Below are positions 54,001-64,000 of a DNA stretch of 64,000 bases, piece after piece. Position 1 is the first letter of the stretch. Every line of letters begins with the position of its first letter. A program made the translations under genes and the position numbers. The notes under the pieces are model-generated. The model did not search any database. It worked only from the letters and a program-made list of their open reading frames with translations, and was not told the DNA's origin. Origin of the DNA: Camelus ferus (taxonomy: Eukaryota); contig NC_045697.1 of NCBI RefSeq assembly GCF_009834535.1, positions 120,592,001-120,656,000 of the forward strand. The letters run 5' to 3'.

Positions 54001-57000
54001 GCATGTTCGTAGTACGGTAAGTCACGGCGAGGAGATCTATGTAAATTACATGTCTACTGTGTAGAACACTCTACAAGAGAATTATCCTGCAAAGTTGCCT
54101 TATATACTAAAGTGCAGTTAGGAAAAAGCTGCAAAATCAGTGTAATATATTCAATGTGTATATATGCATTATATGGTGGATGAAAGTTCTGTAATTCACA
54201 GGCACACAACTGACTAATGAATATTTGTCAAATCCGTGGTGAATGCAGGGTGTTTAGACCACGGAAAGTCACTTTGTTGGAAACAATTGAAATTGCAATT
54301 CTAATGGGTAGAACTCACATGCAGAGATATTTTCTGGGAAATCTTTATGATTTTCGAGACTGACGTTAGGGAAAATCTGTGAAATCATGGTAAATATTTC
54401 TAGGTGTATTTATGCCTTGTATGGTGGATGAAAGTGCTGTAATCCACATGCACACAACTGAGTAATGAATGTTTGTCAAATCCTTGATGCATGTAGCGTG
54501 TATAGAAAATGGAAAGTCACATTGAGGGAAACTATTTAAATTAAAATTCTACTGGGTAGAACTCGCATGAAGAGGTTTTTTCTGCGAAAACTTCATGATT
54601 TTTGAAACTGAAGTTAGGAAAAAGCTGGGAAAGCAGAGTAAATATTTCTAGGTGTAAATATACCTTGTATGGTGGTGGAAAGTTCAGAAATCCACATGCT
54701 CACAACTCAGTAATGAATGATTTCTAAATCCAATATGCATGTAGCGTGTTATGAACACGGAATGTCATGGTAAGTGAAACAATGTAAATTTCATGTCTAT
54801 TGGATAGAACACGATCGTAGAGAATTTTTCTGTGAAAACTGCCTGTATTTCGCAAGTGGCATTAGGACAAATTTGCGAACACAGAGAAAAATGTCTAGGT
54901 GTATATATGCAGTGTTTGGTGGATGAAAGTTTGGTACTCCACATGTTCACAGCTCATTAAAAAATGTTTGTCCAATCCGTGATCCATGTAGCATGTTCGG
55001 AACACAGAATATCACGGTGATAGAAACTTTGTAAATTACATATGTATTGGGTAGAACTCGTTTCAAAAGCATTTTTCTGTGAAATCTGCCTCATTTTCAA
55101 ATCTGACATTAGGTAAACACTTCAAAATCTGAGAAAATGCTTCTAAGGGTCAATATGACTTGTTTGGTGGATGAAAGTTTGGTAATACACACGTTCACCA
55201 CTCAATAAAGAATGATTGTCGAATCAGTGATGCATGTAGCGTGTTCGGAACATGCAATGTCACGGTGAGTGAAAGCATTTAAATTACATGTACACTTGGT
55301 AGAACTTGCTCCAAAAGCATTTCTCTGTGAAATCTTCCTCATTTCCAAAACTGGCATTAGGAAAAATTCGAATTTTTAGAAAATGCTTCTAAGTGCCAAT
55401 ATGACTTGTATGGTGATGAAAGTTCAGAAATACACATGCAAAAAAATTTCTAGTTAATACTTTTCAAAACGGTGATGCATGAATTTTTTTCAGAACACAG
55501 AATTTGAGATGAGCGAATCTACGTAAATTACATGTCTATTGGGTGGAACAAGTTCCAAGACTATATTTCTTTGAAAACTGCCTGATTTCAGAAACTGACG
55601 TTAGGAAAAATCTGCATATATTTTGTACATGTTTCCAGCTGTATATATACATTTATGGTAGATGAAAGTTCAGTAATCCACATGTTAACAACTCAGCAGT
55701 GAATATTTGTTGAACTTGCGGTGCAAGTAGCAAGTTTGAAGCACGGAATTTCACGGCGACGGACTCTATGTAAATTATATGTCTAATGTGTAAAACATGC
55801 TACAAGACATTTATCCAGCTATAGTTGCCTGATTTTCTAAACTGCCATTAGGAAAAAGCTGCGAACTCAGAATAATGTTTTCTAGGTTTATATATGCCTT
55901 ATATGGTGGATGAAAATTCTGTAATCTACATGCACACAACTGAGTAACGAATGTTTGTCAAATCCGTGATGAATTTCGCATGTTCGGACCATGGAAAGTC
56001 ACTTTGTGGGAAACTATTGAAATTACAATTCTACTGGGTCGAACACGCTTGCAGAGATTACTTCTGCAAAAACATCATGATTTTCAAAACAGACGGTAGG
56101 AAAAAGTAGTGAAATCAGAGTAAATATTTCTAGGTGTATATGTGTCTAATATGGTGGATGAAAGTTCTGTAATCCACATGCACACAACTGAGTAATTAAC
56201 GTTTGTCAAATCCGGGATGCATGTAGCATGTTCAGAAAACGGAAAGTCGCTTTGAGGGAAACTGCTTAAATTACAATTCCTCTGGATAGAACTCGCTTGA
56301 AGAGGTTTTTTCCTGAGAAAACTTCATGATTTTAAAACCTGAAGTTAGGAAAAAGCTGTGAAAGCAGAGTAAATATTTCTAGGTGTAAATATGCCTTGTT
56401 TGGTGGATTAAATTTCGGAAATCCACATGCTATCTAATCAGTAATGAATGTTTTATAAATCCATTATGCATAGAGCGTGTTCTGAACAAGGAATGTCATG
56501 GTAGGTGAATCATTGTAAATTTCATGTCTGTCTGATAGAACACGCTCGAAGAGAATTTTTCTGTGAAAACTGCCTGTTTTTTGCAACTGGCATTCGGACA
56601 AATCTGCAAACACAGAGAAAAACTTCTAGGTGTAAATATGCCGTGTTTGTTGAATGAATGTTCGGTAATCAACACGTTCCCAACTCATTAATCAATGTTT
56701 GTCGAATCCGTGATCCATGTAATGTGTTCGGAACACAGACTATCAAGGTAATAGAAAACTTGCAAATTACACATGTATTAGGTAGAACTCGCTCCAAAAG
56801 CATTTACCTGCGAAATCTGCCTCATTTTCAAAACTGGCATAAGAAAAACACTTCGAAATCTGAGAAAATGATTCTAAGTGTCAATATGAATTGTATGGTG
56901 GATGAATGTTCAGTAATCCACATGCTAAAAAATTCTGTACTGAATATTTGTCGAAACAGTTATGCATGCAGCTTTCTCGGAACACAGAATTTGACGGTGA

Positions 57001-60000
57001 GCGAACCTATGTAAATTAAATATCTATTGTGTAGAACTCTCTCCAAGAGCATTTTTCGGTGAATACTGCCTCATTTTCGAAACTGGCATTAGGAAAAAGT
57101 TTCAAAAAATTAGAAAATGCTTGTAAGCGCCATTATGCCTTGTATGGTGGATAAAACTACGGTAATCCACATGCTAACAACTCTGTAGTTAATACTTCTG
57201 GAATCCGAGATGCATGTAGCCTGTTCAGAACACGGAATTTCACGGTGAGCACATTTTTGTAAATTACAAGTCTCTTGGGTAGAACTAGCTCCAAGAAATT
57301 TTTGCTTCGAAATCTGCCGTATTTTCAAAACTGGCGTTTGGAAACATATGTGAAATCAGAGAAAATGCTTCTAAGTATCAATATGCCTTTTATTATGCTG
57401 AAAGTTCTGTAATCCACATGCAAACATATTTGTAGTGAATATATGTCGAATCCGTTATGCATGTAGCGTGTTCGAAAGACGTAATTTCACAGCAATGGAA
57501 TCTATGTAAATTACATGCCTAGTGGGTAGAAATCGCTCCAACAGTTTTTTCCTTAGAAAAATGCCTAATTTTCAAAACTGCTATTAGGAAATTGCTGCGA
57601 ACTCAGAGTAATGTTTCTAGGTGCAAATATGTCTTGTGTGGTAGATGAAAGTTTGTAATGCACATGCTTACACTCAATAAGTAATGTTGTAGAATCTGTG
57701 ATACATGTAATGTATTCAGAACACGGAATGTCATGGTAAGTGATAACTATGTAAATTACAAGTCTATTAGATAGAACTCACTCCAATAGGATTTTTCTGT
57801 GAAAAACTGTCTTATTTTCGAACCTGGCATTAGGAATATCTGCAAATACTGAGTACATGTTTCCTAGCTGTATATATACATTTTATGGTAGATTGAAAGT
57901 ACATTAATCCACATACTAACAACTCAGCACTTACATATTTGTCGAACTGCGGTGCATGTAGCATGTTCGTAGTACGGTAAGTCACGGCGAGGAGATCTAT
58001 GTAAATTACATGTCTACTGTGTAGAACACTCTACAAGAGAATTATCCTGCAAAGTTGCCTTATATACTAAAGTGCAGTTAGGAAAAAGCTGCAAAATCAG
58101 TAATAATATTTCAATGTGTATATATGCATTATATGGTGGATGAAAGTTCTGTAATTCACAGGCACACAACTGACTAATGAATATTTGTCAAATCCGTGGT
58201 GAATGCAGGGTGTTTAGACCACGGAAAGTCACTTTGTTGGAAACAATTGAAATTGCAATTCTAATGGGTAGAACTCACATGCAGAGATATTTTCTGGGAA
58301 ATCTTTATGATTTTCGAGACTGACGTTAGGGAAAATCTGTGAAATCATGGTAAATATTTCTAGGTGTATTTATGCCTTGTATGGTGGATGAAAGTGCTGT
58401 AATCCACATGCACACAACTGAGTAATGAATGTTTGTCAAATCCTTGATGCATGTAGCGTGTATAGAAAATGGAAAGTCACATTGAGGGAAACTATTTAAA
58501 TTAAAATTCTACTGGGTAGAACTCGCATGAAGAGGTTTTTTCTGCGAAAACTTCATGATTTTTGAAACTGAAGTTAGGAAAAAGCTGGGAAAGCAGAGTA
58601 AATATTTCTAGGTGTAAATATACCTTGTATGGTGGTGGAAAGTTCAGAAATCCACATGCTCACAACTCAGTAATGAATGATTTCTAAATCCAATATGCAT
58701 GTAGCGTGTTATGAACACGGAATGTCATGGTAAGTGAAACAATGTAAATTTCATGTCTATTGGATAGAACACGATCGTAGAGAATTTTTCTGTGAAAACT
58801 GCCTGTATTTCGCAAGTGGCATTAGGACAAATTTGCGAACACAGAGAAAAATGTCTAGGTGTATATATGCAGTGTTTGGTGGATGAAAGTTTGGTACTCC
58901 ACATGTTCACAGCTCATTAAAAAATGTTTGTCCAATCCGTGATCCATGTAGCATGTTCGGAACACAGAATATCACGGTGATAGAAACTTTGTAAATTACA
59001 TATGTATTGGGTAGAACTCGTTTCAAAAGCATTTTTCTGTGAAATCTGCCTCATTTTCAAATCTGACATTAGGTAAACACTTCAAAATCTGAGAAAATGC
59101 TTCTAAGGGTCAATATGACTTGTTATGGTGGATGAAAGTTTGGTAATACACACGTTCACCACTCAATAAAGAATGATTGTCGAATCAGTGATGCATGTAG
59201 CGTGTTCGGAACATGCAATGTCACGGTGAGTGAAAGCATTTAAATTACATGTACACTTGGTAGAACTTGCTCCAAAAGCATTTCTCTGTGAAATCTTCCT
59301 CATTTCCAAAACTGGCATTAGGAAAAATTCGAATTTTTAGAAAATGCTTCTAAGTGCCAATATGACTTGTATGGTGATGAAAGTTCAGAAATACACATGC
59401 AAAAAAATTTCTAGTTAATACTTTTCAAAACGGTGATGCATGAATTTTTTTCAGAACACAGAATTTGAGATGAGCGAATCTACGTAAATTACATGTCTAT
59501 TGGGTGGAACAAGTTCCAAGACTATATTTCTTTGAAAACTGCCTGATTTCAGAAACTGACGTTAGGAAAAATCTGCATATATTTTGTACATGTTTCCAGC
59601 TGTATATATACATTTATGGTAGATGAAAGTTCAGTAATCCACATGCTAACAACTCAGCAGTGAATATTTGTTGAACTTGCGGTGCAAGTAGCAAGTTTGA
59701 AGCACGGAATTTCACGGCGACGGACTCTATGTAAATTATATGTCTAATGTGTAAAACATGCTACAAGACATTTATCCAGCTATAGTTGCCTGATTTTCTA
59801 AACTGCCATTAGGAAAAAGCTGCGAACTCAGAATAATGTTTTCTAGGTTTATATATGCCTTATATGGTGGATGAAAATTCTGTAATCTACATGCACACAA
59901 CTGAGTAACGAATGTTTGTCAAATCCGTGATGAATTTCGCATGTTCGGACCATGGAAAGTCACTTTGTGGGAAACTATTGAAATTACAATTCTACTGGGT

Positions 60001-63000
60001 CGAACACGCTTGCAGAGATTACTTCTGCAAAAACATCATGATTTTCAAAACAGACGGTAGGAAAAAGTAGTGAAATCAGAGTAAATATTTCTAGGTGTAT
60101 ATGTGTCTAATATGGTGGATGAAAGTTCTGTAATCCACATGCACACAACTGAGTAATTAACGTTTGTCAAATCCGGGATGCATGTAGCATGTTCAGAAAA
60201 CGGAAAGTCGCTTTGAGGGAAACTGCTTAAATTACAATTCCTCTGGATAGAACTCGCTTGAAGAGGTTTTTTCCTGAGAAAACTTCATGATTTTAAAACC
60301 TGAAGTTAGGAAAAAGCTGTGAAAGCAGAGTAAATATTTCTAGGTGTAAATATGCCTTGTATGGTGGATTAAATTTCGGAAATCCACATGCTCTCTAATC
60401 AGTAATGAATGTTTTATAAATCCATTATGCATAGAGCGTGTTCTGAACAAGGAATGTCATGGTAGGTGAATCATTGTAAATTTCATGTCTGTCTGATAGA
60501 ACACGCTCGAAGAGAATTTTTCTGTGAAAACTGCCTGTTTTTTGCAACTGGCATTCGGACAAATCTGCAAACACAGAGAAAAACTTCTAGGTGTAAATAT
60601 GCCGTGTTTGTTGAATGAATGTTCGGTAATCAACACGTTCCCAACTCATTAATCAATGTTTGTCGAATCCGTGATCCATGTAATGTGTTCGGAACACAGA
60701 CTATCAAGGTAATAGAAAACTTGCAAATTACACATGTATTAGGTAGAACTCGCTCCAAAAGCATTTACCTGCGAAATCTGCCTCATTTTCAAAACTGGCA
60801 TAAGAAAAACACTTCGAAATCTGAGAAAATGATTCTAAGTGTCAATATGAATTGTATGGTGGATGAAAGTTCAGTAATCCACATGCTAAAAAATTCTGTA
60901 CTGAATATTTGTCGAAACAGTTATGCATGCAGCTTTCTCGGAACACAGAATTTGACGGTGAGCGAACCTATGTAAATTAAATATCTATTGTGTAGAACTC
61001 TCTCCAAGAGCATTTTTCGGTGAATACTGCCTCATTTTCGAAACTGGCATTAGGAAAAAGTTTCAAAAAATTAGAAAATGCTTGTAAGCGCCATTATGCC
61101 TTGTATGGTGGATAAAACTACGGTAATCCACATGCTAACAACTCTGTAGTTAATACTTCTGGAATCCGAGATGCATGTAGCCTGTTCAGAACACGGAATT
61201 TCACGGTGAGCACATTTTTGTAAATTACAAGTCTCTTGGGTAGAACTAGCTCCAAGAATTTTTGCTTCGAAATCTGCCGTATTTTCAAAACTGGCGTTTG
61301 GAAACATATGTGAAATCAGAGAAAATGCTTCTAAGTATCAATATGCCTTTTATTATGCTGAAAGTTCTGTAATCCACATGCAAACATATTTGTAGTGAAT
61401 ATATGTCGAATCCGTTATGCATGTAGCGTGTTCGAAAGACGTAATTTCACAGCAATGGAATCTATGTAAATTACATGCCTAGTGGGTAGAAATCGCTCCA
61501 ACAGTTTTTTCCTTAGAAAAATGCCTAATTTTCAAAACTGCTATTAGGAAATTGCTGCGAACTCAGAGTAATGTTTCTAGGTGCAAATATGTCTTGTGTG
61601 GTAGATGAAAGTTTGTAATGCACATGCTTACACTCAATAAAGTATGTTGTAGAATCTGTGATACATGTAATGTATTCAGAACACGGAATGTCATGGTAAG
61701 TGATACTATGTAAATTACAAGTCTATTAGATAGAACTCACTCCAATAGGATTTTTCTGTGAAAAATGTCTTATTTTCGAACCTGGCTTTAGGAATATCTG
61801 CAAATACTGAGTACATGTTTCCAGCTGTATATATACATTTTATGGTAGTTGAAAGTACATTAATCCACATACTAACAACTCAGCACTTACAATTTGTCGA
61901 ACTGCGGTGCATGTAGCATGTTCGTAGTACGGTAAGTCACGGCGAGGAGATCTATGTAAATTACATGTCTACTGTGTAGAACACTCTACAAGAGAATTAT
62001 CCTGCAAAGTTGCCTTATATACTAAAGTGCAGTTAGGAAAAAGCTGCAAAATCAGTGTAATATATTCAATGTGTATATATGCATTATATGGTGGATGAAA
62101 GTTCTGTAATTCACAGGCACACAACTGACTAATGAATATTTGTCAAATCCGTGGTGAATGCAGGGTGTTTAGACCACGGAAAGTCACTTTGTGGGAAACA
62201 ATTGAAATTGCAATTCTAATGGGTAGAACTCACATGCAGAGATATTTTCTGGGAAATCTTTATGATTTTCGAGACTGACGTTAGGGAAAATCTGTGAAAT
62301 CATGGTAAATATTTCTAGGTGTATTTATGCCTTGTATGGTGGATGAAAGTGCTGTAATCCACATGCACACAACTGAGTAATGAATGTTTGTCAAATCCTT
62401 GATGCATGTAGCGTGTATAGAAAATGGAATGTCACATTGAGGGAAACTATTTAAATTAAAATTCTACTGGGTAGAACTCGCATGAAGAGGTTTTTTCTGC
62501 GAAAACTTCATGATTTTTGAAACTGAAGTTAGGAAAAAGCTGGGAAAGCAGAGTAAATATTTCTAGGTGTAAATATACCTTGTATGGTGGTGGAAAGTTC
62601 AGAAATCCACATGCTCACAACTCAGTAATGAATGATTTCTAAATCCAATATGCATGTAGCGTGTTATGAACACGGAATGTCATGGTAAGTGAAACATTGT
62701 AAATTTCATGTCTATTGGATAGAACACGATCGAAGAGAATTTTTCTGTGAAAACTGCCTGTATTTCGCAAGTGGCATTAGGACAAATCTGCGAACACAGA
62801 GAAAAATGTCTAGGTGTATATATGCAGTGTTTGGTGGATGAAAGTTTGGTACTCCACATGTTCACAGCTCATTAAAAAATGTTTGTCCAATCCGTGATCC
62901 ATGTAGCATGTTCGGAACACAGAATATCACGGTGATAGAAACTTTGTAAATTACATGTGTATTGGGTAGAACTCGTTTCAAAAGCATTTTTCTGTGAAAT

Positions 63001-64000
63001 CTGCCTCATTTTCAAATCTGACATTAGGTAAACACTTCAAAATCTGAGAAAATGCTTCTAAGTGTCAATATGACTTGTATGGTGGATGAAAGTTTGGTAA
63101 TACACACGTTCACCACTCAATAAAGAATGATTGTAGAATCAGTGATGCATGTAGCGTGTTCGGAACATGCAATGTCACGGTGAGTGAAAGCATTTAAATT
63201 ACATGTCCACTTGGTAGAACTTGCTCCAAAAGCATTTCTCTGTGAAATCTGCCTCATTTCCAAAACTGGCATTAGGAAAAATTCGAATTTTGAGAAAATG
63301 CTTCTAAGTGCCAATATGACTTGTATGGTGATGAAAGTTCAGAAATACACATGCTAAAAAATTCTAGTGAATACTTTTTCAAAACCGGTGATGCATGCAG
63401 TTTTTTCAGAACACAGAATTTGACGATGAGCGAATCTATGTAAATTACATGTCTATTGGGTGGAACAAGTTCCAAGAGTATATTTCTTTGAAAACTGCCT
63501 GATTTCAGAAACTGACGTTAGGAAAAATCTGCATATACTTTGTACATGTTTCCAGCTGTATATATACATTTATGGTAGATGAAAGTTCAGTAATCCACAT
63601 GCTAACAACTCAGCAGTGAATATTTGTTCGAACCTGCGGTGCAAGTAGCAAGTTTGAAGCACGGAATTTCACGGCGACGGGACTCTATGTAAATTATATG
63701 TCCTAATGTGTAGAACATGCTACAAGACATTTATCCAGCTATAGTTGCCTAGATTTTCTAAACTGCCATTAGGAAAAAGCTGCGAACTCAGAATAATGTT
63801 TTCTAGGTTTATATATGCCTTATATGGTGGATGAAAATTCTGTAATCTACATGCACACAACTGAGTAACGAATGTTTGTCAAATCCGTGATGAATTTAGC
63901 ATGTTCGGACCATGGAAAGTCACTTTGTGGGAAACTATTGAAATTACAATTCTACTGGGTCGAACACGCTTGCAGAGATTACTTCTGCAAAAACATCATG
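51006..64000 (+). repeat. Satellite array continued: three almost identical 16-mer HORs (variant epsilon)
   Basis: A at 52198, 56153, 60114 (spacings 3955, 3961). Shared private words CTATCAAGGTAATAG, GGAAACATATGTG, TTGGTACTCC. The window ends inside monomer P. Confidence 0.95.

Noticed and set aside
227..63475. The many ORFs of 60-149 aa in the six-frame track
   Set aside because: They are short, occur on both strands, recur with the repeat period, are opened and closed by random substitutions and indels between copies, and resemble no protein family I recognise. They are chance frames in satellite DNA.
808..64000. CRISPR-like array (conserved box separated by variable sequence)
   Set aside because: The intervening ~210 bp are homologous to one another and recur in fixed order rather than being unique spacers. 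The period is far too long and no cas genes are present.
808..64000. Tandem gene cluster (tRNA, 5S rRNA, snRNA) or repeat-protein exon array such as zinc fingers
   Set aside because: I recognised no RNA-gene sequence or Pol III boxes. The 247-bp period is not a multiple of 3 and no frame is maintained. An Rfam/tRNAscan search would be the formal test.
808..64000. Assignment to primate alpha satellite or another named satellite
   Set aside because: Monomer length (~247 vs 171 bp) and sequence do not match alpha satellite, and I cannot support any other family name without a database search.

Overview
The whole 64-kb window is one AT-rich satellite-DNA array, probably eukaryotic (peri)centromeric or heterochromatic; I cannot name the organism or satellite family. 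It holds roughly 258 head-to-tail monomers of about 247 bp. Each monomer is anchored by a conserved box, approximately TATGCCTTGTATGGTGGATGAAAGTTC(T/A)GTAATCCACATGC. Adjacent monomers are clearly diverged, but they recur in a fixed order of 16 types (my labels A-P). This forms a higher-order repeat (HOR) of about 3.95-3.96 kb whose copies are nearly identical, an alpha-satellite-like architecture. Reading monomer by monomer shows several variants: an 11-mer, a 15-mer, a 17-mer carrying an extra and possibly ancestral monomer, and a 10-monomer tandem duplication. It also shows an old internal 7+9 duplication within the 16-mer, at least five HOR sequence variants, and a recurring two-HOR super-unit of about 7.7-7.9 kb. 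There is one foreign/scrambled patch at 28.6-29.5 kb, an orientation switch across the first N gap, and signs of collapsed-read consensus artefacts. I found no credible protein-coding gene, RNA gene, transposon or CRISPR array; all listed ORFs are short chance frames that recur with the repeat. Coordinates were read by eye and are approximate to a few bp.
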